The notes: a model not told the origin generated them from the sequence alone. DNA of 64,000 nucleotides from Bacteroidota bacterium (GCA_051747965.1 JBNJGS010000007.1:2042-66041); one strand, 5' to 3'; counted from the stretch's first letter, positions 9,868-20,248 are shown. Numbers and translations are program-made.

Positions 9868-10350
9868 TTACAGATCACCCAGGCGTTCCTGAGCGGAGTA
9901 GTTAATCTTCAGTGCGCTGGCTTTTCTGAGTTCCTGTTTAATATCGGTGATAATACCCATTTTGGTATCCTCATTGACTTTGAGTGAGGTTGTCATAAAG
10001 GGAATTTCAGATTCGTCACGTTCTTCACGTTCGGCGATGATATATTCTCTGATATCATTAACATCAGCAAATGAAGCATTTAGCTGAATCCTTGGCTCGG
10101 TACCATACATGGTCTGAAATGCAGGTTTTGGTTTACCCACATAAATGTAGGAAACGAGGGATTTTTTTTCCAGTTTTTTAATCTCAGTTGCTTCGGGTAA
10201 AGAACTGGCCGGCACCTGTACTTTCAGCTCAACTTCTCTCATGGTGGTTGCGACCATAAAGAAGAAAAGGAGCATAAATACAATATCAGGCAGGGAGGCA
10301 GTATTGATTCCCGGAGCTGACTTTTTCTTTTTTTGCTTAATAACAGCCAT
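9868..10350 (-). CDS. exbD: Biopolymer transport protein ExbD/TolR family
   Basis: N-terminal LPDIVFMLLFFFMVATTM TM segment typical of ExbD. Lies 1 nt after another ExbD paralog. Confidence 0.85.
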   Translation of the reverse strand: MAVIKQKKKKSAPGINTASLPDIVFMLLFFFMVATTMREVELKVQVPASSLPEATEIKKLEKKSLVSYIYVGKPKPAFQTMYGTEPRIQLNASFADVNDIREYIIAEREERDESEIPFMTTSLKVNEDTKMGIITDIKQELRKASALKINYSAQERLGDL

Positions 10351-10351
10351 A

Positions 10352-10936
10352 TTATTTACCTCCTATATTTTTTGGTTCTGCTTCGGAAATTCGTTGTGGA
10401 TACATCTTTTTCACAGCTTCCTTTTGCTCATCAGAAAGCTCTTCATATTCTTTGCCAAACTGCGAATAGGCAAAGTCGTCTCTGATTTCGTTATAAGCAG
10501 CCACCAATTCATTTTGCACCTGAATGTACTTGCCATATGAAGTACCTCTGTCATTCTGCAAGGAGATCACTCCTTTGGGTACCATCATGGTTTCACCCAG
10601 TTCTTCAATATATTTCTCTTCTTTTTCCGGAAGCTTTTCGTTGTTATTTTCATTGAGGATGAACTCTTTGGCTTCATCTTTGAGGTTTCTGATTTCCATA
10701 AGCTCGCCCTGCACCAGCAACTGGTCATTTTTATTGATAAGGACAATAAAAATGTTTCGTTCCTTAATTTTCACATCATCATCCTCAATTTGTTCTTCAT
10801 CAGGCATTTGAGGCAGCTTACGCGCGATACCAGTATCCACATCCATTGTTGTAGTAACAAGGAAGAAAATCAGCAGAAGGAAGGCGATATCCGCCATTGA
10901 TCCTCCGTTTATTTCCGGTGTTTCACGTCTTGGCAT
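10352..10936 (-). CDS. exbD: Biopolymer transport protein ExbD/TolR family (longer paralog)
   Basis: MADIAFLLLIFFLVTTTM TM segment followed by a periplasmic domain; sits in the exbB cluster. Confidence 0.85.
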   Translation of the reverse strand: MPRRETPEINGGSMADIAFLLLIFFLVTTTMDVDTGIARKLPQMPDEEQIEDDDVKIKERNIFIVLINKNDQLLVQGELMEIRNLKDEAKEFILNENNNEKLPEKEEKYIEELGETMMVPKGVISLQNDRGTSYGKYIQVQNELVAAYNEIRDDFAYSQFGKEYEELSDEQKEAVKKMYPQRISEAEPKNIGGK

Positions 10937-10999
10937 ATCTTTCAGTTTTATAAATTGCGGTGATCCGGCACTGATATTGTGCCGGATACACCAATAAAA

Positions 11000-11518
11000 T
11001 TATCTCCAGATTTTGGACAGCTCGGTGTACAATGCACCAAAAATTGCCAGGCCAAAGAAAATGTACATGATCTGCAATCCGCTACCAACTCGTTTTGAGA
11101 TGGTATTGGTCACTTCAAAATCGAGGTTTTCCAATGATGGTGCTTTCGGAATAACATCCGAAGCCATTGAAAAGCCAAGGATAATCACCAGTGCGATGAT
11201 TCCTACAGATATCAGGTTTGTAATCAATCCCTGACGGCTTTCGATCATTGATTTCACAAATTTCACAAGGCCGGAAATAAGCGCAATTGCAGCTACGACC
11301 ACGAGTAAGATAATGGCAAAATTCAGCACAGTACCTCCCCATGTATCTGCAATCTCACCTACCCGCTCAACTTTCACTTCGCTGGGCAGATTTTTGGCAG
11401 CTTCGAGCTCGTTTTCAAGCCGGCTGGCCTGCTGATTACTGACAAAGAATATGATTGCCAGTATAGCACCAACCGCAAAAACGACCATTGATAAATATTT
11501 AAATATTTTGTTCAACAT
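11000..11518 (-). CDS. Hypothetical 4-TM membrane protein embedded in the exbB-exbD cluster
   Basis: 172-aa ORF with four hydrophobic segments, 5 nt downstream of exbB. No family recognised. Confidence 0.6.
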   Translation of the reverse strand: MLNKIFKYLSMVVFAVGAILAIIFFVSNQQASRLENELEAAKNLPSEVKVERVGEIADTWGGTVLNFAIILLVVVAAIALISGLVKFVKSMIESRQGLITNLISVGIIALVIILGFSMASDVIPKAPSLENLDFEVTNTISKRVGSGLQIMYIFFGLAIFGALYTELSKIWR

Positions 11519-11523
11519 AATGC

Positions 11524-12381
11524 TTATGCTTTTTTGTTCTTGTATTCAGTTAAAATGTCAATCAGGGTAATGGAAGAATCTTCCATATCATTGACAATGG
11601 CATCGATTTTAGAAACGATGTAGTTGTAGAATACCTGCAGAATAACTGCCACGATCAGACCTGAAACGGTTGTAATCAGGGCTACTTTAATACCACCTGC
11701 CACGAGTGAGGGGTTGATATCTCCGGCGGCTTCGATTGCATCAAATGCACCGATCATACCGATAACCGTACCCATAAAACCAAGCATAGGCGCAATGGCA
11801 ATAAAGAGAGCAATCCATGTCAGGTTTCTTTCGAGCAGGCCCATTTGTACAGAACCGTAGGAAACCACAGATTTCTCAACCACGTCAATTCCGGCCTCAT
11901 AACGATCGAGACCCTGGTAGAAGATACTTGCTACAGGACCGCGTGTATCACGGCAAACTTCTTTGGCTGCATCAATTCCACCTTCATTCAGTGCTTCTTC
12001 AACTTTCAACAACAGTTTATCTGTGTTGGTTGATGCCAGATTGAGGTAAATGATACGCTCAAATGCAATAGCAAGACCGAGGATAAGTGCGATAAGCACA
12101 AAACCCATAAAGGTTGGTCCACCTTCAATAAATTTAATTTTAATTTCCTGGTGAAGTTGGGACATGCCACCATCTTCTTCTTCGGCTGCAGCTTCATCGG
12201 TACCTGTTTCTTCTGCAGGTTCTGCTACGGTATCGGCTTCTGCCGCTTGTGTGGTGTCTTCAGCCTGTTCTGTTGTGTCTTGTTCAACATCCCCGGCTTC
12301 TTCTTCCTGAGCAATGACTGAAGTGTTTACTCCAAATGAAAGCATTGCTGCTACTGATAGTAATGCTAATAACTTTTTCAT
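11524..12381 (-). CDS. exbB: MotA/TolQ/ExbB proton-channel family protein with an acidic N-terminal extension
   Basis: C-terminal APMLGFMGTVIGMIGAF motif and three TM segments. The N-terminus has a signal-like segment, then about 50 aa of E/D/T/A-rich low-complexity sequence. Confidence 0.9.
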   Translation of the reverse strand: MKKLLALLSVAAMLSFGVNTSVIAQEEEAGDVEQDTTEQAEDTTQAAEADTVAEPAEETGTDEAAAEEEDGGMSQLHQEIKIKFIEGGPTFMGFVLIALILGLAIAFERIIYLNLASTNTDKLLLKVEEALNEGGIDAAKEVCRDTRGPVASIFYQGLDRYEAGIDVVEKSVVSYGSVQMGLLERNLTWIALFIAIAPMLGFMGTVIGMIGAFDAIEAAGDINPSLVAGGIKVALITTVSGLIVAVILQVFYNYIVSKIDAIVNDMEDSSITLIDILTEYKNKKA

Positions 12382-12453
12382 GGTTAATACAACATTTAAA
12401 TGTTACTTATTTTCTATTTTTCTGATTCAATTCTCATTTAATTTCTCAAATCG

Positions 12454-12541
12454 CGGAGAGAGGGGGATTCGAACCCCCGATACAGGGTTACCGTATACAC
12501 GCTTTCCAGGCGTGCGCCTTAAGCCACTCGGCCACCTCTCC
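12454..12541 (-). tRNA. tRNA-Ser (anticodon GGA)
   Basis: Cloverleaf on the minus strand: acceptor GGAGAGG/TCTCTCC, anticodon arm CACGC-CTGGAAA-GCGTG, long variable arm, T-arm GGGGG-TTCGAAT-CCCCC, discriminator G. CCA is not encoded. Confidence 0.9.
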
Positions 12542-12638
12542 AAACATCTTTCAATGAACTTTCTTCTCTCATCATTTTTGGCGCTGCAAATTATAAAAAT
12601 ATTTCGATCCTAAAAAATAAAATCCGAAAAAGCTGTTT

Positions 12639-13400
12639 TTATAATCCAAAACATTGCAGTGCAGAGGAACTTGTTCTGGCTTCAATCTCCGAAACAGGCA
12701 GGCTGTAAACTTCTGCCAGCTTGTTTGCGACAAATGAAAGCATAGCCGGTTCATTTCTTTTTCCTCTGTTTGGATGTGGTGCCAGATAAGGTGCATCGGT
12801 TTCCAATACCAGATTCTCAGGTGCAATTTTTTCGAGAACATTAGGGAGCTTACTGTTTTTAAAGGTGACAACACCACCTACTCCGATTTTAAATCCTGTA
12901 TTTATAACTTCCATGGCCTGTGAAATGTTGCCTGCAAAACAATGAAATATTCCCCGCGGGGGATTTTTCATTTTATTCAGCAAGCCCAAAACCTCTGCAG
13001 TAGCTTCTCTTGAGTGGATTGAAACCGGCAATTTTTTTTCTGCTGCCCAACGGCACTGGGTAACAAAAGCATCTTCCTGTTGTTTGCGCCAGGTGGTATC
13101 CCAATACAAATCCATACCAATTTCACCGATCCCGACAAAGCCTCCTGCGTCAAGATATTTATATATTACATCCAGTTCTGTTTTGTAATTTTCATCCACG
13201 GAGCCGGGATGCAATCCCATCATGGAATGCAGGCGACCCGGATAAGAGGCAGTAAAATACAACATCTCCCTGATCGAGCCGGTGTCAATATTGGGAAGAA
13301 TCATTTTCTCAACGCCGGCTTGTTTTGCCCGCAGCATCATACTTCCGGCATCTTTCCTGAAGTGCGGTAAATATATGTGGGTATGGGTATCAATTAGCAT
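12639..13400 (-). CDS. TatD-family metal-dependent hydrolase
   Basis: N-terminal MLIDTHTHIY motif, internal GEIGMD and SIHSREA motifs; 253 aa. Confidence 0.9.
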   Translation of the reverse strand: MLIDTHTHIYLPHFRKDAGSMMLRAKQAGVEKMILPNIDTGSIREMLYFTASYPGRLHSMMGLHPGSVDENYKTELDVIYKYLDAGGFVGIGEIGMDLYWDTTWRKQQEDAFVTQCRWAAEKKLPVSIHSREATAEVLGLLNKMKNPPRGIFHCFAGNISQAMEVINTGFKIGVGGVVTFKNSKLPNVLEKIAPENLVLETDAPYLAPHPNRGKRNEPAMLSFVANKLAEVYSLPVSEIEARTSSSALQCFGL

Positions 13401-13454
13401 GCTGCAAATTTACTAAAATGGATTGATTGTTGAAAAGCCGAATCAGTGGAATAT

Positions 13455-13490
13455 TAAAAAAGAAAAGCTGCCCAAAACTGAGCAGCTTTT
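13455..13490 (-). terminator. Rho-independent terminator downstream of gdhA
   Basis: 9-bp stem AAAAGCTGC (13463-13471) / GCAGCTTTT (13482-13490), followed by a T-run on the minus strand. Confidence 0.65.
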
Positions 13491-13514
13491 CTGAATATTG
13501 TCAATAGTAAGGAA

Positions 13515-14861
13515 TTAAACAATGCCTTGTGCGATCATTGCATCTGCAACTTTCACAAAACCGCCAATGTTTGCACCTTTTACGTAATCAATGAATCCGT
13601 CTTCTTCTTCACCATATTTCACACATTGCTCATGGATGTCTGTCATGATGTCCTGCAGCTTTTTGTCAACATCTTCGAATGTCCATGACAAACGCATTGA
13701 GTTCTGGGTCATTTCAAGACCGGAAACAGCAACACCACCGGCATTCACCGCTTTACCCGGAGCAAAAAGGATTTTCTTGTCATAGAAAATTTCCATAGCT
13801 TCCGGGGTACAAGGCATGTTGGCACCTTCGGCAACTGCAATCACACCATTATCTACAAGTATTTTTGCATCTTCTTCTCCCAGTTCATTTTGTGTAGCAC
13901 ATGGCAGAGCAACATCAACTTTTTGTTCCCATGGGCGTTTGCCAGGATAGAAAGTAGCTGAGCTGAAACGTTCTGCGTATGGAGCTACGATATCTTCATT
14001 TGAAGCGCGAAGCTCGAGCATATAGTTAAACTTCTCTTCTGTAATGATGCCTTCAGGATCGTGAATATATCCGTCAGGACCTGAGAGAGTAACAACTTTG
14101 CCACCGAGTTCAGCAACTTTCATACAAGCACCCCATGACACATTACCGAAACCTGAAACAGCAACAGTTTTGCCTTTCAGATCCAGGTCCTGGGTTTTCA
14201 GCATGTTGGCAGCGAAGTATACGGTACCGAAACCTGTTGCTTCCGGACGACCAATTGATCCACCCCATTCGCGGCCTTTACCGGTAAGAACACCGGTGAA
14301 TTCATTTTTCAGGCGTTTGTATTGTCCAAACATGTAACCGATTTCACGGCCACCGACACCGATATCGCCAGCCGGGATATCTGTATTCGGGCCAATGTGG
14401 CGGAACAGCTCAGACATAAAGCTTTGGCAGAAGCGCATAATTTCAGCGTCAGATTTGCCTTTTGGGTTAAAATCAGATCCACCTTTACCACCGCCCATAG
14501 GAAGTGTTGTCAGTGAGTTTTTGAAAATTTGCTCAAAACCCAGGAATTTGAGGATTGAAAGTGTCACACTCGGGTGAAAACGCAATCCACCTTTGTAAGG
14601 GCCAATGGCTGAATTAAATTCAATTCTGTAACCACGGTTAACCTGTGCATCACCATCATCGTCCATCCAGGGAACACGGAACATAATCACACGTTCGGGC
14701 TCCACAAGTCTTTCGAGAATCTTTGCATCTTTGTATTTTGGATTCTCTTCAATAAAGGGGATAAGTTTTTCGGCAACTTCATGTACTGCCTGGATAAATT
14801 CCGGCTGTGCGGGATTGCTTGCAGCCACTTTATCCATAAATTCCTTAATTTTTGTTTCCAT
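13515..14861 (-). CDS. gdhA: NADP-specific glutamate dehydrogenase
   Basis: LPMGGGKGGSDFNPKGKS catalytic-lysine motif, GFGNVSWG dinucleotide-binding motif; 448 aa. Confidence 0.95.
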   Translation of the reverse strand: METKIKEFMDKVAASNPAQPEFIQAVHEVAEKLIPFIEENPKYKDAKILERLVEPERVIMFRVPWMDDDGDAQVNRGYRIEFNSAIGPYKGGLRFHPSVTLSILKFLGFEQIFKNSLTTLPMGGGKGGSDFNPKGKSDAEIMRFCQSFMSELFRHIGPNTDIPAGDIGVGGREIGYMFGQYKRLKNEFTGVLTGKGREWGGSIGRPEATGFGTVYFAANMLKTQDLDLKGKTVAVSGFGNVSWGACMKVAELGGKVVTLSGPDGYIHDPEGIITEEKFNYMLELRASNEDIVAPYAERFSSATFYPGKRPWEQKVDVALPCATQNELGEEDAKILVDNGVIAVAEGANMPCTPEAMEIFYDKKILFAPGKAVNAGGVAVSGLEMTQNSMRLSWTFEDVDKKLQDIMTDIHEQCVKYGEEEDGFIDYVKGANIGGFVKVADAMIAQGIV

Positions 14862-15056
14862 AATTGTACGTTACTTTATCATTATTAATAAGGTCAAACA
14901 TCTTACATAAACAAATGTACTATTTGTAAATTATTTTATCTCATCTCAGTGATAATTTTTCATAGCCTCTGCCGACAATTGTCCGTCTGTCTTTCAGGCA
15001 CTTATGGGTTTTTACCTTGTGTTTTACAACATTTCATGACGAATGTCAATTTTTTG

Positions 15057-16181
15057 TCAGCTTTTGAGGGCATAAATTTTGCCGGGAAGGGCATTTATCA
15101 CGGATTTCATTTCGAGGCCCAGCAATGCTACGGACAAGTCCGAAATACCAAGTCCGCTGAGCTTTAACAACAAATCCGTATCACAATATTCATTGTTTTT
15201 CAACAAATCCACAATGATTTTTTCATTTTTTTCAAACTGTATATTGAATTCAATTTCCTTTTGCAGAGTGTTACTATTCTTATTTTTCCCTTTCCAGTTC
15301 ATGATGTATATCACATCATCCACAGACTCAGTAAGTGCTGCCCTGTTGGTTTTGATGAGGTGATTACATCCTTTGGACTTTGAATCGCCCACACGTCCGG
15401 GAAAAGCGAAGACATCGCGGTTGTAGGATCCGGCAATATCCGCTGTAACCATGGCCCCGCCTTTTCTGGCAGATTCCACGACAACAGTTGCATCTGATAA
15501 TCCAGCGATAATCCGGTTGCGCCGGACAAAATGTTTAGGATCTCGTTTGGCAACCGAAGGGAACTCACTGACCAGACAACCTTCATGCCTGATGATATTA
15601 TCAGCTACAGTGCGGTGCATGGCAGGATAAATAATATCAAATCCATGGCCTAGGATTGCCCATGTTTTCAGATTGCATTCCATGGCAGCTTTGTGGGCTG
15701 CCACATCAATACCATACGCCAGCCCGCTGACAATAAGCGGTTCAATCTCATTCTCAGCAAAACCACTGACAAGTTCTCTTGTGGCATCAATCCCGCGTGG
15801 AGTTGCTTTTCTGGTGCCTACAATGGCGATGGATTTTTCAGGTACATGCTCAAAATCACCAATATAAAAGAGTACAATAGGGGCATCGGCACATGCTTTG
15901 AGCTTTTCCGGGTAGTTATCATCATGAATAAAGGTATGAGCAACCCCATTGGCTTCCATAAACAGCATTTCTGCTTCAGCGCGTTCAATACATGCAGCCC
16001 GGTGCTGTAAAATGATATCAGCAAAGTGTCCGCCAATACCTTTGACACGTTTAAGGTGAGAGGACTTCATCTTAAACACGGCATCCACCTCACCAAACAT
16101 TTCAGTAAGGTTTCTCACTGACACCGGGCCAATTCCGGGGAGCATACTCAGGGCTATCTGATATATTTCTTTCGATCCCAT
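15057..16181 (-). CDS. dprA: DNA-processing protein DprA
   Basis: IVGTRKATPRG and SGLAYGIDVAAHKAA motifs of the DprA Rossmann-like domain; 374 aa. Confidence 0.9.
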   Translation of the reverse strand: MGSKEIYQIALSMLPGIGPVSVRNLTEMFGEVDAVFKMKSSHLKRVKGIGGHFADIILQHRAACIERAEAEMLFMEANGVAHTFIHDDNYPEKLKACADAPIVLFYIGDFEHVPEKSIAIVGTRKATPRGIDATRELVSGFAENEIEPLIVSGLAYGIDVAAHKAAMECNLKTWAILGHGFDIIYPAMHRTVADNIIRHEGCLVSEFPSVAKRDPKHFVRRNRIIAGLSDATVVVESARKGGAMVTADIAGSYNRDVFAFPGRVGDSKSKGCNHLIKTNRAALTESVDDVIYIMNWKGKNKNSNTLQKEIEFNIQFEKNEKIIVDLLKNNEYCDTDLLLKLSGLGISDLSVALLGLEMKSVINALPGKIYALKS

Positions 16182-16430
16182 CTGAAAAAACTAATACCGG
16201 ACATATCCGGCGATTCATGCAATTCCATACCAAAATCCCTGATGTGCAATCAGGCAATATGCTGGCAGGAAATCAAGGCATAAATTTACAGGAAATTTTC
16301 AAAATCACAGCCAATTCCGTACTGAAAAAATCCTGAAATATGATTCCTGATAAATTTCCCGGTCTGACGGCAAGTATATTTTATTAATTTCGGATATACG
16401 AACGGGCAGCAATACCTGATCGCCAGGGCA

Positions 16431-16886
16431 TCAATCGCTGAGTTTATCCAGGACATCAAGCATATCGCGTCTCTCGGATTTTGTGAGAGTGTCTATGCCT
16501 ACAGGCGGATACTTGGATAATCCCTTTTCTGTACGCTGATACAATATTATGGATGTGCGTAAGCCGAAATGGGATTTTTTAATTTTATATTTCACAAACT
16601 GGTTTTTGGGGATCTCCATGGCATTGTTACTGTACAGCAATGGTTGAGCGCCCATATATCTCAGGATAATCCTGGATCCATCCGTGTTGAAATAAATATA
16701 ATTGTATCCCTTGATAAAAAAGAAAGCAACTGCGAGGACAAAAAAGACAGACCAGTATAAAGCAAATCGATGATTTTCTGTCCAGCCTAAAACCACTGAA
16801 AGTACCACGATAATGAGATACAACAAAACAAACATCATAAAGCCCAATCTGAGCCTGGCCGACAATTCTTTATTATTTATTACCAT
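16431..16886 (-). CDS. Hypothetical membrane protein
   Basis: 151-aa ORF with two N-terminal TM helices and a soluble C-terminal domain. It overlaps the upstream proline dehydrogenase stop by 7 nt. Confidence 0.55.
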   Translation of the reverse strand: MVINNKELSARLRLGFMMFVLLYLIIVVLSVVLGWTENHRFALYWSVFFVLAVAFFFIKGYNYIYFNTDGSRIILRYMGAQPLLYSNNAMEIPKNQFVKYKIKKSHFGLRTSIILYQRTEKGLSKYPPVGIDTLTKSERRDMLDVLDKLSD

Positions 16887-18040
16887 ACTTTTTTATGTTT
16901 TCTTCTTTTAATTTCGTTTACAACCAACCTGTATTCCTTTTCTGCCTGTTCTGATACTGAGGAATTTTCTTCCGCCCTGCGCATCAAATAAGGCATTACC
17001 TGTTTAACGGGTCCGTAGGGCAAATATTTTGCCACATTATAAGATTCACGTGCCAGGCTAAAACTCAATTCGTCACTCATGCCATATAGCTGAGCAAAAT
17101 AAGTATTTTTATCATTATTATCCAAGCCTTTTTCTTTCATCAGCCGGGTAAGATATTCGGATGACTCCCAATTATGTGTCCCATTGAATACGACAAGCCC
17201 GGGATAATGTTGCATACAGATTTCAAGGGCCTTATTATATGCCTTATCTGTAGAATCCTTATCCGGATATATTGGTGAGGGTTTTCCGGCCGCTTTTGCC
17301 CGCTCCCGTTCTTTTTCCATATATGCGCCCCTGACCAGTTTTATGCCGGGTATGTATCCATATTCTGATGCCTGCTTAAATAAGCCCTGCAGATATTCAA
17401 GCCTGTCCACACGATACATCTGCAATGTCTGGAAAACAATGGCGGAAGACTGATTGTACTTTTGCATACCTTTTTCCACAATATGGTCAATGATATCCTG
17501 GAAATCCACGTCCTCAGCATCTACGAGCAAGGGAACACTATTGGCCGCGGCGTAATCAAACAATTCAAACATTCTGCTTTCAAAAAAATCGGTTTGAGCC
17601 TTCAGTTCATCAGTTTTCTTTTGTTTCAACACCCATTCATACGTTAAGGCACTGGGCTTAAACACAGCAAAAGGAATAAATTTGTTTTTTACAGCATTAT
17701 CAATGGTGCGTTTCGTTTCCTCCACAGCATGCCGGAATCCGGCTTCATCTTTTCCACCTTCTACTGAATAATCCAAAATGGAATCTACGCCATATTTTCC
17801 CAGACTTTGAATCACAGGCTCACTTTTTTTAATGGTTTCGCCCGCAACAAAGTGTCCATATGCCGTTTTCTTTAAAATAAAATCAATGGGCAAACGCAAT
17901 TTCAAGGCAATTTTTAACAAAAATTGTAAAAAATCCGAAATATTTTTGTGTTTAAAAATCCAGAAGACCAGGCGTGCACGCCTCAGTCCTGCCCTTGACT
18001 TATACGCAAATGAGTTAGTATCAGGATGTAACATAAACAA
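16880..18040 (-). CDS. Proline dehydrogenase family protein
   Basis: GHFVAGETI near the N-terminus, LDYSVEG and KLVRGAYMEKERERA motifs typical of stand-alone proline dehydrogenases; 386 aa. Confidence 0.85.
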   Translation of the reverse strand: MFMLHPDTNSFAYKSRAGLRRARLVFWIFKHKNISDFLQFLLKIALKLRLPIDFILKKTAYGHFVAGETIKKSEPVIQSLGKYGVDSILDYSVEGGKDEAGFRHAVEETKRTIDNAVKNKFIPFAVFKPSALTYEWVLKQKKTDELKAQTDFFESRMFELFDYAAANSVPLLVDAEDVDFQDIIDHIVEKGMQKYNQSSAIVFQTLQMYRVDRLEYLQGLFKQASEYGYIPGIKLVRGAYMEKERERAKAAGKPSPIYPDKDSTDKAYNKALEICMQHYPGLVVFNGTHNWESSEYLTRLMKEKGLDNNDKNTYFAQLYGMSDELSFSLARESYNVAKYLPYGPVKQVMPYLMRRAEENSSVSEQAEKEYRLVVNEIKRRKHKKVW

Positions 18041-18128
18041 ATATTTTTAAAAATAAGAACAGTAAAGCTGTGTGAAAGTTGAAAATTTTTACTAATTTAG
18101 TCTTTTGAGAAAAAAAAGTGTCAAAATA

Positions 18129-18161
18129 TTTGTGATTTAAATTAAAATAAAGATACTTTTG
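18129..18161 (+). promoter_or_regulatory. Candidate Bacteroidota sigma-A promoter (-33 TTTG / -7 TAnnTTTG)
   Basis: TTTG at 18129-18132 and TACTTTTG at 18154-18161, spacer 21 nt, 46 nt upstream of the ATG at 18207. Confidence 0.35.
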
Positions 18162-18206
18162 TGTGATTAGAAGATTTTGAATAACTGAGATTAAACCCGA
18201 TATCAG

Positions 18207-19001
18207 ATGAACAAAAAAAGATCTACAATCCTGCTGCTGCTTACAAGCCTTATTGTATTCCCATTACTAACAGGATGTTTTGGTGTGGGAGAAGATGACC
18301 CGTTTATTTCACTACGAACCAGAAAGGCCAGAATGGTTGGCGAATGGGACATTGACACGTATAAAAAAGATGTTATCCAAAATGTTGATGACATAGAACG
18401 AATTAAAGTGGTGACAACTGTCGAAGGTGAAGATTATGAGATGGTGAAAACCTGGTTGGGCACGGAAAGGGACACAGTCATTGAGGCTGAAGTACTTAAC
18501 TACGCCATAACCTTTGACAAAAACGGTTATTTTGATTATATCTTTGAATATGAGATAAGGGTTGATATTGTGGATGAGGAAACCTTTGAAACAACCAGCA
18601 TCACTGAAACAATCAAAGATGAAATGAGCGGCACATGGAATTTCCTGGGAAGAATCGATGATTATTCCAACAAGGAAAGGCTATCTCTGGTCATCCTGAA
18701 TGAAACAAACACCCACATTACAGTTACACAGGTAACAAGTGATGACGAAGAGGAAGAGCCGGAAGAGTCCACCGACCGTGAAGTAACAGTAAGCCGCTAT
18801 GCCAACGGTGAGATGAGTACAATCTGGGAGATCAACATGCTCAAGTACAAAGAAATTGATCTTTATCAGGATATCAACAGTGTTAATGTTGAAACAGGCA
18901 CATCTCCTGAAAATGGCACATTTACATACACCGAAGTTGGTTACCAGCAACAGGGCCTGATCAGAACCGGCAATGATGCCGATGCAGCTCCTGACGAATA
19001 G
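18207..19001 (+). CDS. Hypothetical lipoprotein
   Basis: Lipobox LLTGC after the signal peptide; acidic DDEEEEPEE linker; 264 aa; followed by a terminator. Confidence 0.65.
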   Translation: MNKKRSTILLLLTSLIVFPLLTGCFGVGEDDPFISLRTRKARMVGEWDIDTYKKDVIQNVDDIERIKVVTTVEGEDYEMVKTWLGTERDTVIEAEVLNYAITFDKNGYFDYIFEYEIRVDIVDEETFETTSITETIKDEMSGTWNFLGRIDDYSNKERLSLVILNETNTHITVTQVTSDDEEEEPEESTDREVTVSRYANGEMSTIWEINMLKYKEIDLYQDINSVNVETGTSPENGTFTYTEVGYQQQGLIRTGNDADAAPDE

Positions 19002-19028
19002 AAATATTTTGCAACACAAAATAAATTG

Positions 19029-19058
19029 AAGCCGGTTCACCATGAACCGGCTTTTTTA
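19029..19058 (+). terminator. Rho-independent terminator
   Basis: 11-bp stem AAGCCGGTTCA / TGAACCGGCTT with a 3-nt loop, followed by TTTTATT. Confidence 0.8.
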
Positions 19059-19153
19059 TTTGCCTGTACAGGAGAAACAAGGATGAGGATAGTTATGCCA
19101 TAACGCAGGTGGATTTTTTTACAAAAAAAGAAGTAATATAACTTATGGGAAAC

Positions 19154-20248
19154 TTATTTCATTGCATTTCTGATGGTTGCTGACAGCTTTTCATGTAGTG
19201 ATGAAGCGTTTTGTCTTTCAGTATGCAGCCAGTCTCCGCAAAACTCCGGCTGAAAATAATCAACATCCGCCAGGTCTTTTTGCTGTATTGTCTGAAAATC
19301 ATATGTATCACTAAAATATTCTGCCAGGTATTCCTGTTCTGTCTGCCCCGGTGTGGGAATAAGTATGGCCTTACGCTGAAGGACATGCAAATCCATCAGT
19401 GTTGTGTATCCAGATCTTGTGATCAAAACCGGAGTATGCTGCATGAGGTATTTCAATTCAGCGCGGCGCAGATGGTTAATCACCCGAACATTCCCATCAG
19501 CAAAATCATATCTGGCTTCCGGTTGTCCTGCAATTATCCAGAGGTTTCGCTTATCCCCAGCAAAGAGTTTCATCAGCTGCTCAACAAGCATAGACCTCTG
19601 TGGTTCCTGTCCTGATACAATAGCGAGTACATCCGGGACATTGTCTGTAACAACGGGTTGGGTATTAAAAAATCCGGAAAGGATGCCCAGATAAATATGC
19701 CGGAAATCAAAGCCATCAACATTGTGTGCCAGTTTTCCACTAAGCGGGTTTTGTGAGAAATCCGGTATCATACAGATGTCATACTTTTTTATTATCGATC
19801 TGTGAATAACGCGTGCCAGTGCTTGAAATATTTTCAGGTATTCCGGCATAATGACATTCACCTGATGAGTAATGTAGCAGGACATCACTTTGGGATGAGA
19901 AAGGCCAAAGCGATTGTCAGAAATAATGAGATCCGGCTTTTCTTGTTTGACATATTTTCTGATCCACCGGCGTTCATACAATAAATCCCTGAGCAAAAAC
20001 GGAGCCTGAAAAAAAAGCTTAATCATCAACAAGCGGTTCCGTGAATACTTTATGGTGGCAGACTTCAAAGGCAGAATCCGTATACCAGGAAATTCCTGAC
20101 TGATGACATCATTAGCCGGGGAGCTACCTGCGATATGCACTTCATAATTCATCTCTCCGAGTGTGCGGATCAGGGGCAAAAGGCGGCTGGCGTGTCCCAG
20201 ACCCCAGTTCAGTGGTGCTACGAGTGCAGTTTTCTGTTTCCGGGGCAT
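19154..20248 (-). CDS. Glycosyltransferase (GT1/GT28-like, MGT/UDP-glycosyltransferase fold)
   Basis: N-terminal NWGLGHASR motif and a C-terminal GYTT..D...(TPGQ)TEQ sugar-nucleotide-binding-like motif; 364 aa. Last gene of a tightly packed operon. Confidence 0.75.
   Translation of the reverse strand: MPRKQKTALVAPLNWGLGHASRLLPLIRTLGEMNYEVHIAGSSPANDVISQEFPGIRILPLKSATIKYSRNRLLMIKLFFQAPFLLRDLLYERRWIRKYVKQEKPDLIISDNRFGLSHPKVMSCYITHQVNVIMPEYLKIFQALARVIHRSIIKKYDICMIPDFSQNPLSGKLAHNVDGFDFRHIYLGILSGFFNTQPVVTDNVPDVLAIVSGQEPQRSMLVEQLMKLFAGDKRNLWIIAGQPEARYDFADGNVRVINHLRRAELKYLMQHTPVLITRSGYTTLMDLHVLQRKAILIPTPGQTEQEYLAEYFSDTYDFQTIQQKDLADVDYFQPEFCGDWLHTERQNASSLHEKLSATIRNAMK

Noticed and set aside
12314-12613. 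99-aa plus-strand ORF spanning the tRNA-Ser locus.
   Set aside because: It overlaps a well-formed tRNA on the opposite strand and has no coding features.
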